IMG/VR virus record: IMGVR_UViG_3300032318_001408
Span: 1-50,574 of that record
Source of the DNA: a virus
Taxonomy: Duplodnaviria > Caudoviricetes
Length of the DNA: 50,574 nt
Direction: 5' to 3' (one strand)
Shown piece by piece: positions 38,514-47,484 of the stretch. A program made the position numbers and the translations under genes. The notes under the pieces were generated by a model. The model worked only from the letters and a program-made list of their open reading frames with translations. It was not told the DNA's origin and searched no databases. Position 1 is the stretch's first letter. Every line of letters begins with the position of its first letter.

Positions 38514-39518
38514 ATGACAATAGAAATAGATAGCATTTTAGCAAAATTAGATCCAAAAACACGAGCAAGAGTTCAATCTGCACAGGATGTACAAGTTGAA
38601 AAACAAGTTACTCCAAGTATTGGATTAAACTTTGCTTTGCGTGGCGGTCTGGGTTACGGAAGACAAGTACTTGTATGGGGAAATAAATCTGCTGGTAAAT
38701 CTTCCTTCTGCCTACAGATGATTGCTCTTGCACAAAAAGAAGGTAAGACTTGTGCTTGGATTGATGCAGAAGCTTCCTACGATCAGTCTTGGGCAGAAAA
38801 GCTAGGAGTAGACTCATCTTCTCTTATTTACTCACCAGCAAAAACAGTTAACGATATGGTTGATGTTGCAACAAAGCTAATGGATGCAGGAGTTGATATG
38901 ATTGTAGTAGATTCAATTTCAGCATTGTTGCCTGCAATTTATTTTGAAAAAGATGGAAATGAAATGAAAGATTTGCAAGATACAAAGCAAATCGGCGCTG
39001 AAGCAAAGGATATGACCCACGCAGTCAAGATGTTAAACTATGCAAACAAAAACACACTACTTGTTCTCATCTCACAACAACGAAATCAATTTGGATCTAT
39101 GCATGCTAGTCACATCCCCACGGGTGGCATGGCTGTCAAGTTCTTTTCTTCCACGGTCATTAAACTATGGTCGTCTGAAGCTGAGGCTAACGCTATCAAA
39201 GCTGGCATTAAAGTTGGCGACAAGATTATTGAACAAAGAGTGGGCAGGCCCGTTAACTGGATTATTGATTACAACAAACTCGGCCCCCCAAATTTATCAG
39301 GACAGTACGACTTTTACTACCAAGGGAACTCTCTTGGTGTAGATAGTGTTGGAGAAACTTTAGATGTTGCAGAAATGTGCGGGATTGTAGAAAAAGGTGG
39401 TGCATGGTATACAGTAAATGGAGAACGTTTTCAAGGACGTGCAAAGGCTGTAGCATATTTAAAGGAAAATCAAAATGTTGTAGACAAATTAATAGGAGAA
39501 ATAAATGCCAGACATTAA
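38514..39518 (+). CDS. recA: RecA-like recombinase
   Basis: Walker A GNKSAGKS, WIDAE, IVVDSISAL, PTGG.AVKF, KGGAWY, FQGR. Confidence 0.93.
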   Translation: MTIEIDSILAKLDPKTRARVQSAQDVQVEKQVTPSIGLNFALRGGLGYGRQVLVWGNKSAGKSSFCLQMIALAQKEGKTCAWIDAEASYDQSWAEKLGVDSSSLIYSPAKTVNDMVDVATKLMDAGVDMIVVDSISALLPAIYFEKDGNEMKDLQDTKQIGAEAKDMTHAVKMLNYANKNTLLVLISQQRNQFGSMHASHIPTGGMAVKFFSSTVIKLWSSEAEANAIKAGIKVGDKIIEQRVGRPVNWIIDYNKLGPPNLSGQYDFYYQGNSLGVDSVGETLDVAEMCGIVEKGGAWYTVNGERFQGRAKAVAYLKENQNVVDKLIGEINARH

Positions 39519-39693
39519 TGAGTTTCTTAGTAAGCCTGAGAAAATAATGGCTATCGAGCTACAAAAATTTGATGGAATTAAACCTTGTTCAAAGTGTGAT
39601 AAGGATTCTGACACGTACTATTGGGATGCAATTAATATGACTATTTCTTGGGAATGTCCAGACGAACATAAAAATTCTTATGTGGTTGGATAA
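39505..39693 (+). CDS. small zinc-binding hypothetical protein
   Basis: CSKC...CPDEH. Confidence 0.7.
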   Translation: MPDINEFLSKPEKIMAIELQKFDGIKPCSKCDKDSDTYYWDAINMTISWECPDEHKNSYVVG

Positions 39694-40001
39694 TGTCAGA
39701 AAGATCGGAAGTAAAACGTGATGGCGCTAAGGCTCAAAAAAATAGTGGCCGTGGTGATTATCAAAAAGGTGATGCTAAGTGGAATCAGTTCCTTGTGGAC
39801 TACAAAGAAGCAAAAGCATCATTTAATTTAAATAAAGATGTATGGGCTAAAATCTGTACAGATACTTTTAAGGTAAGCAGAGATATGCATCCTGCACTTA
39901 AAATAATTATCGGTGAGGATTCCAAGGTTCGTCTTGGAATCATTGAGTGGTCTATCTTGGAAGATTTGATCACATTTTGGGAGGAAAATAAAAATGGCTA
40001 A
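39693..40001 (+). CDS. PD-(D/E)xK nuclease, probable Hjc-type Holliday junction resolvase
   Basis: E near N-terminus, NSG, KGD, VDYK motif in 102 aa. Confidence 0.65.
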   Translation: MSERSEVKRDGAKAQKNSGRGDYQKGDAKWNQFLVDYKEAKASFNLNKDVWAKICTDTFKVSRDMHPALKIIIGEDSKVRLGIIEWSILEDLITFWEENKNG

Positions 40002-40383
40002 TCCAATTATTACAATTGTTGGCAGAGTTGGAAGTGAACCAGAGGCGGTGGGATCAAATGGCCTTCGCTTTAGAGTTGCAACTAATGATCGTGTTAAGAA
40101 TGATGCAACTGGAGAATGGGAAGACAAGAATACATCTTGGTGGACAGTAAAAGCTTGGCGCACACTTGCTGCACAGTCAAAGACTGTAATTAAAAAAGGC
40201 ATGGAAGTTATTATCGTTGGAAAGATTTATGAAGAAAACTGGACAGATAAAGATGGCGTTAAGAGAAGTTCTTATGAAATTAATGCTGAATCAATTTCTG
40301 TTACAGCATACACTTTATCTAAGGATAAGACGCCAAGTAATGATTTCCCATCATATAAAACATATGCAGAAGTTCCTTTCTAA
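39994..40383 (+). CDS. ssb: single-stranded DNA-binding protein (bacterial OB-fold type)
   Basis: ITIVGRVGSEPE, FRVATN, W..VKAWR.LA, KKGMEVIIVG; C-terminal EVPF. Confidence 0.9.
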   Translation: MANPIITIVGRVGSEPEAVGSNGLRFRVATNDRVKNDATGEWEDKNTSWWTVKAWRTLAAQSKTVIKKGMEVIIVGKIYEENWTDKDGVKRSSYEINAESISVTAYTLSKDKTPSNDFPSYKTYAEVPF

Positions 40384-40538
40384 TGAAAGAAATTTTTATG
40401 ACAACAATTACAGGAATGGGAGTTGGCGTAGTCTTTGCGTTATTTAAGCTACCAGTTCCTGCCCCACCAGTATTTGCTGGGCTCATGGGTATATTTGGAT
40501 TGTGGTTAGGCTATGGACTAGTAGAAAGGTTTATTTGA
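40383..40538 (+). CDS. XapX/DUF1427-like small membrane protein (51 aa, not in ORF track)
   Basis: G.GVGVVFALFKLPVPAPPVFAGLMGIFGLWLGY; coupled on both sides. Confidence 0.8.
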   Translation: MKEIFMTTITGMGVGVVFALFKLPVPAPPVFAGLMGIFGLWLGYGLVERFI

Positions 40539-40876
40539 TGCCTGAAGATAAAAATACACTTGAATTGATTAGCAATATTACTGAGTTTAATGATCTACAT
40601 GATTTCATGAAAGATGAGCATTTAGACAAGGCCTTGGCTATTGTGGTAAAATTGTTAATGAATCCAGACGTTCCTTCAGCTAAGGCACCACATTTAATTA
40701 TGGAGCTTCAAGCAATGTCAACTAAATTTGCAGTCCTTGCATCTGTATATTCTACAATTGCTAAAGATAAAGCGGGAACAGAAAACAATAATAAAAAGAA
40801 CATTTATTATTCAGTAAAAGAGTCCATAGACAAATTGGTAGATGCGCTTAAATATGTTGTGAGGTATAACTCCTAA
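40538..40876 (+). CDS. hypothetical helical protein
   Basis: Start at TGATG overlap (MPEDKNTLE...). Confidence 0.7.
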   Translation: MPEDKNTLELISNITEFNDLHDFMKDEHLDKALAIVVKLLMNPDVPSAKAPHLIMELQAMSTKFAVLASVYSTIAKDKAGTENNNKKNIYYSVKESIDKLVDALKYVVRYNS

Positions 40877-41668
40877 ATGGGTAGAGATATAGTAAAGAAT
40901 CTTAAGTTTAAGAAGCACACAGGTAAATTTTTTGATCCTGAATTGTTTGCTCAATTGCTTGATGAATCATATCGAAATACAAAACGTGCAGACGGAGAGA
41001 TGACAAAGAAGTCATTTAGCCCAAGCTCACTTGGCTATGGGCATGGCACATGCCCAAGATATTGGTACATGGCTTTCTCTGGCGCAATGTTCATTGATGA
41101 TAATGATGCAGTTGCAGTTGCTAATATGGCACAGGGAACACAGGCACACGAAAGACTTCAAAAGCTTATCTCTACTATGCCTCAATTTAAAATGGAAGAA
41201 GAAGAGATTCTTAATGAGTATCCACCTATCAGAGGGTTTATAGACCTAATTATGGAGTACGATGGTGAAACCGTAATTGGTGAAATCAAAACGGCCAAGC
41301 AAGAAGTATGGGATACAAGACAGTCTGAGATGAAGCCTACTGCTAATCACATGCTTCAACTTCTAACATACATGAAGCTAAAGAATGCTAAAGAAGGTTT
41401 CTTCTTGTATGAGAATAAAAATACTCAGGAGATCCTTGTTATTCCAATTTCAATGAATGAAAGAAATACAAAGATTATTGAAGATACATTCCTATGGATG
41501 TGTGAAGTCTGGGATAATTTTAAAGATGGCGACCTGCCAATGAGACCTGCAGGTGCTACTAAATCAAAGATGCCTTGTACATATTGCCCAGTCAAGAAGG
41601 AATGTTACTCTAAAGAAACACCAATGGGCACTGTTCAAATTGAAAAATTTGAGGTTCCTTCTATATGA
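40877..41668 (+). CDS. Cas4-like PD-(D/E)xK exonuclease
   Basis: SPSS..CPR, GTQAHE, GFID...EIKT, QLLTY, C-terminal CTYCPVKKEC Fe-S cysteines. Confidence 0.85.
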   Translation: MGRDIVKNLKFKKHTGKFFDPELFAQLLDESYRNTKRADGEMTKKSFSPSSLGYGHGTCPRYWYMAFSGAMFIDDNDAVAVANMAQGTQAHERLQKLISTMPQFKMEEEEILNEYPPIRGFIDLIMEYDGETVIGEIKTAKQEVWDTRQSEMKPTANHMLQLLTYMKLKNAKEGFFLYENKNTQEILVIPISMNERNTKIIEDTFLWMCEVWDNFKDGDLPMRPAGATKSKMPCTYCPVKKECYSKETPMGTVQIEKFEVPSI

Positions 41669-41943
41669 TTTGTGCTAATTCAGAATGTAAAAAAGATTTT
41701 GAGCCCAAAACTCATAATCAAAAATATTGTGCTGATGAGTGTTGTCGAATTGCTACTAATCGTAGAATTATGGAAAAGTATTATGAGCGCAAGGCTATAA
41801 AAAATGGAGCATTGCGTCCGTGCCATAGATGCAAGAATCAATTAAGCAGATATAATAAGGGTGATTTTTGTGCAACATGCGAGAAAAATATAAATCTTGA
41901 AAACAAAAATAAATTATTTAGGATGATAAATGACGTTAGCTAG
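41665..41943 (+). CDS. cysteine-rich zinc-binding protein
   Basis: CANSEC..F.P....QKYC...C and CHRC...CATC. Confidence 0.75.
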   Translation: MICANSECKKDFEPKTHNQKYCADECCRIATNRRIMEKYYERKAIKNGALRPCHRCKNQLSRYNKGDFCATCEKNINLENKNKLFRMINDVS

Positions 41944-42496
41944 TTTAAAAAAGACTCAAGCAAATAGAGTGTTAGGAATAGATGCCTCTACTAACTCTAT
42001 TGCTTTTTGCTTAATGGAAAATGATATCCCCCTAAAATGGGGAAAAATTAATTTAGCAGGCAACGACATATATGAAAAGATTCATGATGCTAAGATCAAG
42101 ATGGCTTCAATGCTAGATGAACTTAAGTCAGATTATATTGTTGTTGAGGGTGCAGTATTTGTAAAGTCTGCAGATGCTGTAATTAAACTATCATATGTCT
42201 ATGGGGTTGTTATTGCAGAACTAATGTCTACTGGAGCAAAGGTTATAACCATATCCCCTTCGTCTTGGCAGGCATACATAGGAAACAAGAACCCTACAAA
42301 AGAAGAGAAGGCGGCTATCAGAGCAAAGAATCCAGGATACGCAGACTCATGGTATCAAAATCAACTACGTAATATGCGTAAACAAAGGACAGTAGATTAT
42401 TTTAATAAGAAATATAACTTGGCATTAACAGATTTTGATGTGTCAGATTCATTTGGAATTGCACATTATTCGAATAGTATATTGACGGAACGATGA
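41930..42496 (+). CDS. RuvC-like Holliday junction resolvase
   Basis: VLGIDAST, IVVEG, SPSSW, DVSDSFGIA RNase H-fold motifs. Confidence 0.85.
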   Translation: MTLASLKKTQANRVLGIDASTNSIAFCLMENDIPLKWGKINLAGNDIYEKIHDAKIKMASMLDELKSDYIVVEGAVFVKSADAVIKLSYVYGVVIAELMSTGAKVITISPSSWQAYIGNKNPTKEEKAAIRAKNPGYADSWYQNQLRNMRKQRTVDYFNKKYNLALTDFDVSDSFGIAHYSNSILTER

Positions 42497-42639
42497 AATA
42501 CTATCAAAGCAAAGAGTGGCTACATCGTAGATATGTCTTGCAAAAAAAGACAGTTACAGAAATAGCTAAAGAATGTAATGTCTCTGCTATGACTATACAG
42601 AGGTACCTAGACCAGTTTGGATTAATTAAAAAAAGATGA
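42493..42639 (+). CDS. small HTH DNA-binding protein (48 aa, not in ORF track)
   Basis: KTVTEIAKECNVSAMTIQRYL; ATGA overlaps both sides. Confidence 0.8.
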   Translation: MKYYQSKEWLHRRYVLQKKTVTEIAKECNVSAMTIQRYLDQFGLIKKR

Positions 42640-43394
42640 GTATTGAAAAAACTATTTGGCAAACATATGAAACTACATATGAAGAGCTCCCACAATATGC
42701 TAAAGAAAGCATAGGCACTTGGAAACACATGAATCCAGATTGGGATCACGGCTACATGTCTGGCCCAGATAGAGAACAATTCTTTAGAGTTAATTTTCCA
42801 GAAAATGTTTACAATACATACATTAATCTTCCGCTAGGTGTTATGAAGGCTGGCCTATGGAGATTTGCAATTCTTTATATTTATGGTGGTGTATACGCAG
42901 ACATGGATACTCATTGTAAATCACCTATCTCTAGCTGGCTAAGTGATGAAAATGATGTCCTTTTAGATATTGAAAGAGATACTCCATGGCTTGCAACACA
43001 AGTAATTGCAGCAAAAGCAGGAAGTCCAATAATGAAAGCAGCAATAGATTTATGTGTTGAAAGATGTTCAGATGGAATTATTAAACATAATCATATGGTT
43101 CACTATTATACCGATGTTCAAATGTTTACTGATGCTCTTTATAAAGAATTGGGCGTAGAGCCTTATCAGAAGCATCTCAATGATTGGGCTCCAGAGTTAA
43201 TGGAGATGGATTGGTTAAAAAATAATAACGCAAAGATATTAAATGGAGCAGAAGCAAGAAGACTGCTAGATAAAGATGTTGTTCATCTATATTGGGGAGA
43301 TGATAGAGAAGCTGGTTGGATAGCATGGAAAAAAGATCCAATGGTAAATGAATCATACCCTAATGGATTTAATCCTGATCAGTGGGAGAAATAA
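42636..43394 (+). CDS. glycosyltransferase, GT32/OCH1-like (DXD)
   Basis: IEKTIWQT, WKHMNPDW, WRFAILYIYGGVYADMD. Confidence 0.88.
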   Translation: MSIEKTIWQTYETTYEELPQYAKESIGTWKHMNPDWDHGYMSGPDREQFFRVNFPENVYNTYINLPLGVMKAGLWRFAILYIYGGVYADMDTHCKSPISSWLSDENDVLLDIERDTPWLATQVIAAKAGSPIMKAAIDLCVERCSDGIIKHNHMVHYYTDVQMFTDALYKELGVEPYQKHLNDWAPELMEMDWLKNNNAKILNGAEARRLLDKDVVHLYWGDDREAGWIAWKKDPMVNESYPNGFNPDQWEK

Positions 43395-44056
43395 TGTCTA
43401 CTATAGGAGTTTTGCCAGCATCAGGAAAAGCTTCCAGAATTGGAGGAATTCCAAAATTTTGTTTACCCATATCAGATGAAAGATCTCTTCTGCAATGGCA
43501 CGTAGAGCAAATGCTTGAAGTTTGTGATGAAGTTAGAATTTCCACAAGAGCTGAATGGGTTCCTATTATTCAAAATATGGATATGAACATTAAACTAATT
43601 GTTCGAGAGCCATCAACGATGTCTGATGCAGTTAAGTTTATGGTCGGAGAATATAATGATACTGTACTTATAGGTATGCCAGATACATATATTCTTAATG
43701 CACCTGGAAATATCTACAAGCCTTTATTTAAAGAAGATACTGCTGATCTTGTTTTAGGTATATGGGAATGTAGTGAAAGCTTAAAAGGTAGAGTGGGTCA
43801 AGTTTTAGTTTCTAATAATAAAGTAATTGAATCAGAAGACAAAGTAGATAATTGTGACTATCCAGATATGTGGGGCACTATGCTGTTCCGCAAAAATATG
43901 ATAAGATACATAGATACCACACTAGATCATCCAGGAAAACAGTTAAAGGAATGGATATCTAAGGGAGCTAATATTAAGGCGGTAAGACCAGGCGGACAGT
44001 ATATGGATATTGGAACGCTAAGAGGACTTAAACAGTTATATAAGGAGATGGAATAA
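43394..44056 (+). CDS. sugar-phosphate nucleotidyltransferase-like protein
   Basis: GVLPASGKASRIGGIPKFCLP N-terminal motif, GMPDT, YMDIGT; start at TAATG overlap. Confidence 0.82.
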   Translation: MSTIGVLPASGKASRIGGIPKFCLPISDERSLLQWHVEQMLEVCDEVRISTRAEWVPIIQNMDMNIKLIVREPSTMSDAVKFMVGEYNDTVLIGMPDTYILNAPGNIYKPLFKEDTADLVLGIWECSESLKGRVGQVLVSNNKVIESEDKVDNCDYPDMWGTMLFRKNMIRYIDTTLDHPGKQLKEWISKGANIKAVRPGGQYMDIGTLRGLKQLYKEME

Positions 44057-44403
44057 TGGGATTTACATCATATCCAAATAAAGAAAACGGGTATCAAATG
44101 TGGGTTACAGATTTACAGTTAATGGCAACAGATGCACCATCAGGACATAAAATTATTAGAGAGTGTCTTGAAATTGCAGAGATGTTAATTAATAAAAACA
44201 TATCGTATGGAGACTCAGCACTTAGTCCAATTCGTATATTTTCTCAGGCGGATAACCAAGAACAGATTAAAATTCGTATTGATGATAAGATTAATAGAAT
44301 AAAGAATGGCTCAGGCTTTGCTGGGGATAATGATATTGACGACATGATTGGTTATTTAATCTTACTTAAAATCGCTAAGAAACTTGCTATTTTAGTCGAC
44401 TAG
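44056..44403 (+). CDS. nucleotide modification associated domain 1 (DUF1599-like) protein
   Basis: KNISYGDS...IRIDDKINRI...DMIGYLIL. Confidence 0.75.
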   Translation: MGFTSYPNKENGYQMWVTDLQLMATDAPSGHKIIRECLEIAEMLINKNISYGDSALSPIRIFSQADNQEQIKIRIDDKINRIKNGSGFAGDNDIDDMIGYLILLKIAKKLAILVD

Positions 44404-44412
44404 AAGTATAAT
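44384..44412 (+). promoter_or_regulatory. promoter TTGCTA-17-TATAAT, leaderless
   Basis: -10 at 44407-44412, ATG at 44419, no SD. Confidence 0.65.
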
Positions 44413-44418
44413 GTATTA

Positions 44419-44955
44419 ATGAGCGAAATAGAATTGTCAGAGCATTTTGACAGAATGAATAGGGTTGTTGAAGAACTTCTCAAGGGAAGTACGCCTACCC
44501 AGATCGCCACAATTACGGGTATCCAGCGCAAAGAAGTATTAGAGTTAATTGACGACTGGAAAGACGTTGTACATAATGATAGCAATATTAGAGATCGTGC
44601 CAGAGAAGCCATCTCAGGGGCTGATCAGCACTATGCCATGCTTATCAAAGAGGCGTGGAAAACAGTAGAAGATGCAGACACCTCTGGACAATTAGGCATT
44701 AAGTCTGGTGCATTAAAGCTTATTGCAGATATTGAGACTAAAAGAATTGCCATGCTGCAGTCCATCGGCGTATTAGAAAATAATGAAATTGCTGCACAAA
44801 TTGCAGAGACAGAACGCAAGCAAGATATCCTTGTTAGAATTTTAAAGGAAACTACATCAACATGCCCTAAGTGTAAGATGGAAGTTGCAAAGAGGTTATC
44901 TCAGATTACTGGAGTAATCGAGTCAGTCCCAGTAGAGGAAGCCGATGTCGTTTGA
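44419..44955 (+). CDS. probable terminase small subunit
   Basis: N-terminal HTH (LLKGSTPTQIATITGIQRKEV), helical body, directly upstream of and overlapping TerL. Confidence 0.65.
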   Translation: MSEIELSEHFDRMNRVVEELLKGSTPTQIATITGIQRKEVLELIDDWKDVVHNDSNIRDRAREAISGADQHYAMLIKEAWKTVEDADTSGQLGIKSGALKLIADIETKRIAMLQSIGVLENNEIAAQIAETERKQDILVRILKETTSTCPKCKMEVAKRLSQITGVIESVPVEEADVV

Positions 44956-46747
44956 TTTTAGTGACCTCATCGATATGCTTGATGGAGAGGAGTTTGATGA
45001 AAAACCAGTCGATCTTAAAACGTTTGTTAGAAGTCCAGAATACCTTGGGCTTCCAGAACTTTCTGACTACCAGTACACGCTTATCGAAAAAAGCTCCCAG
45101 ATTTATAAAGAGTCAACCCTTATTAAACTCTTCGGAGAAGAAGAAGGAAGAATAAGATTTAAGCAAACTGCTAATGAAGTAGTTGCTCAATTAGGAAAAG
45201 GATCTGGAAAAGATTACTGCTCAACTATTGCAGTATCATATATAGTATATTTACTATTGTGCCTTAAGGACCCAGCTACATATTACGGTAAGCCTCCAGG
45301 AGACAGCATTGATATTATTAACATTGCTATTAACTCTCAACAGGCAAGCAACGTGTTCTTTAAGGGATTTAAGACACGCATTGATAAGTCGCCTTGGTTT
45401 GCTGGAAAGTATAACGATAAAGCTTCAGAAGTTAAATTTGATAAGGCTATTACAGTACACTCAGGTCACTCAGAGCGTGAAGCATGGGAAGGATATAACG
45501 TAATCGTAGTTATCCTTGATGAAATTTCAGGATTTGCAATTGATAATACAACTGGGCATGAACAAGCAAAAACAGGTGCAGCTATATATGATATGTATCG
45601 TGCATCTGTAGACTCTCGTTTCCCAGACTTTGGCAAGGTCATCCTTCTATCGTTTCCTAGATATAAAAATGATTACATTCAGCAAAGATATAACGCTGTT
45701 GTAGCAGAAAAAGAAACTATTATTCGTGATCATAAGTTTAAGATGGATGAAGACCTACCAGACGATACTCAGGGCAATGAGTTCAGTGTGGAATGGGAAG
45801 AAGATCATATTGTTTCCTATAAGATTCCAAGAGTGTATGCTCTTAAAAGACCTACGTGGGAAGTTAATCCAGTTAGAAAGATTGATGATTTTAAAGTAGC
45901 ATTTTTTACCAATCCAATGGATGCGCTATCTAGATTTGCATGTATGCCACCTGATGCTGTTGATGCGTTTTTTAAATCAAGAGAAAAGGTTGAGAAGGCT
46001 TTTAATAAAGGACACCTTGCTGTAGATAATTTTGGAAGACTTGAAGAATGGTTTATACCAGATCCAGATAAAGAATACTTTCTGCACGTTGACCTAGCAC
46101 AGAAGCATGACCATTGTGCAGTAGCTATGGGGCATGTGAATAAATGGGTTAATATTAAAGTTACTGATAGTTATTCTCAGCCAGCCCCTATGGTTGAAAT
46201 TGATGCAGTTAGATTCTGGACACCAACAGCAGACAAATCTGTAGACTTTACAGAAGTAAAAGATTATATTCTATCACTAAGAACTCGTGGATTTAAGATA
46301 AGAGTATGTACGTTTGACAGATGGAACTCTCATGATATGATGCAACAACTAAAACAATACGGCATCAATACAGAGATTCTATCTGTCGCTAAAAAGCATT
46401 ACGACGATATGGCTATGATCGTGGCGGAAGAAAGACTATCTGGACCACATATACAATTGCTTATCGATGAACTGCTACAGCTAAAGATAATGAGAGATAG
46501 GGTTGACCACCCAAGAAAAGGTTCAAAGGATTTGGCGGACGCAGTTTGTGGAGCTATTTATAATGCTATTAGCAGAAGTAAATTTGATACAAATGAAGAA
46601 ATAAATATACATACGTATGAGTCTATGAGTTATGATAATGACTTTGGAACAAAAAATGACGGAGAAACAGAGTCATACAATATGATAAGGGCACCAAGAA
46701 TGCCAGAAAATTTAAGAGACGCAATGGACAGGATGACAATAATATGA
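44945..46747 (+). CDS. terL: terminase large subunit
   Basis: Walker A GKGSGKD, Walker B VVILDE, HVDLA, FDRWNS, SKDLADA nuclease motifs. Confidence 0.92.
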   Translation: MSFDFSDLIDMLDGEEFDEKPVDLKTFVRSPEYLGLPELSDYQYTLIEKSSQIYKESTLIKLFGEEEGRIRFKQTANEVVAQLGKGSGKDYCSTIAVSYIVYLLLCLKDPATYYGKPPGDSIDIINIAINSQQASNVFFKGFKTRIDKSPWFAGKYNDKASEVKFDKAITVHSGHSEREAWEGYNVIVVILDEISGFAIDNTTGHEQAKTGAAIYDMYRASVDSRFPDFGKVILLSFPRYKNDYIQQRYNAVVAEKETIIRDHKFKMDEDLPDDTQGNEFSVEWEEDHIVSYKIPRVYALKRPTWEVNPVRKIDDFKVAFFTNPMDALSRFACMPPDAVDAFFKSREKVEKAFNKGHLAVDNFGRLEEWFIPDPDKEYFLHVDLAQKHDHCAVAMGHVNKWVNIKVTDSYSQPAPMVEIDAVRFWTPTADKSVDFTEVKDYILSLRTRGFKIRVCTFDRWNSHDMMQQLKQYGINTEILSVAKKHYDDMAMIVAEERLSGPHIQLLIDELLQLKIMRDRVDHPRKGSKDLADAVCGAIYNAISRSKFDTNEEINIHTYESMSYDNDFGTKNDGETESYNMIRAPRMPENLRDAMDRMTII

Positions 46748-46992
46748 GTACATATCAAGAAAAAGCTAAAGAATGTAAATGTTGTGGCAAGCATGTTCCG
46801 CTGCCAACAGTATTAAAAGAATATAATGGAATAGTTTTATGTCCAACTACATTCTCTAATGTAATTGAATATAAGAGGATCTGGATTGCTGCAGGTCATA
46901 GACCAACGGGTAATATTAGAAAACATTTTTCAGAATATGTACAGCAAATAGTAGAAGAAACTATTGACAAAAATGAAGACGGCACGTTATAA
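46744..46992 (+). CDS. small zinc-binding hypothetical protein
   Basis: CKCCGK...LCPT. Confidence 0.7.
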   Translation: MSTYQEKAKECKCCGKHVPLPTVLKEYNGIVLCPTTFSNVIEYKRIWIAAGHRPTGNIRKHFSEYVQQIVEETIDKNEDGTL

Positions 46993-46993
46993 T
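46964..46993 (+). promoter_or_regulatory. promoter TTGACA-18-TATAAT for tRNA region
   Basis: Consensus hexamers 10 nt upstream of tRNA. Confidence 0.75.
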
Positions 46994-47003
46994 ATACAAC
47001 TAA

Positions 47004-47077
47004 GCAACAATAGCTTAGTTGGTTAAAGCCCCGAACTCATAATTCGGTAATCGTAGGTTCAAGTCCTACTTGTTGCA
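47004..47077 (+). tRNA. tRNA with CAT anticodon (elongator Met or Ile2)
   Basis: GCAACAA/TTGTTGC acceptor, GCTT/AAGC D stem, CCGAA-CTCATAA-TTCGG, GTAGG-TTCAAGT-CCTAC; CCA not encoded. Confidence 0.9.
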
Positions 47078-47089
47078 CAAGGAGATCGC

Positions 47090-47401
47090 ATGGATGATGA
47101 TGATAAGCTAGCAATGTATCTAGAAATGGGTGCAGTTGAATTATCTGGCATGGATGAGCATGGAGAATTTATTTTCCAAATTACAGAAAAAGCAAAAGAT
47201 ATTGCTCCAGAATTATGGGAGGCTCATCAGGAACACGTTGATCGTTCATTAGTGCAGCTATACGAGGCTGGATTAATAAATGTAACATATAACGATAACC
47301 TTGAAGCAACAATAGAGATGTCAGAAGAAGGTCATAAGATGGCTAAAGATTTAGGTTTAGTAGAAGTTGATATGCATGAGGAAGATATTCCAAATGATTA
47401 A
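47090..47401 (+). CDS. acidic hypothetical protein
   Basis: 103 aa, AAGGAG SD. Confidence 0.75.
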   Translation: MDDDDKLAMYLEMGAVELSGMDEHGEFIFQITEKAKDIAPELWEAHQEHVDRSLVQLYEAGLINVTYNDNLEATIEMSEEGHKMAKDLGLVEVDMHEEDIPND

Positions 47402-47407
47402 CTTAAT

Positions 47408-47480
47408 GCCTTCGTAGCTCAGAGGATAGAGCAGGACTCTTCTAAGGTCTTGGTCGCAGGTTCGACTCCTGCCGACGGCG
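47408..47480 (+). tRNA. tRNA-Arg(TCT)
   Basis: GCTC/GAGC D stem, CTTCTAA loop, GCAGG-TTCGACT-CCTGC; one acceptor-stem mismatch. Confidence 0.88.
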
Positions 47481-47484
47481 CAAT

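Noticed and set aside
40877-41668. CRISPR-Cas system suggested by Cas4-like gene
   Set aside because: No repeat-spacer array or other cas genes seen; stand-alone Cas4-like nucleases are common in phage recombination modules
31482-46747. Inteins or introns in helicase, DnaE, RecA or TerL
   Set aside because: Lengths are ordinary, motifs contiguous, no intein splice-junction or homing endonuclease motifs noticed
47004-47077. Initiator tRNA-fMet
   Set aside because: Has a paired G1-C72 and lacks the three consecutive G-C pairs in the anticodon stem
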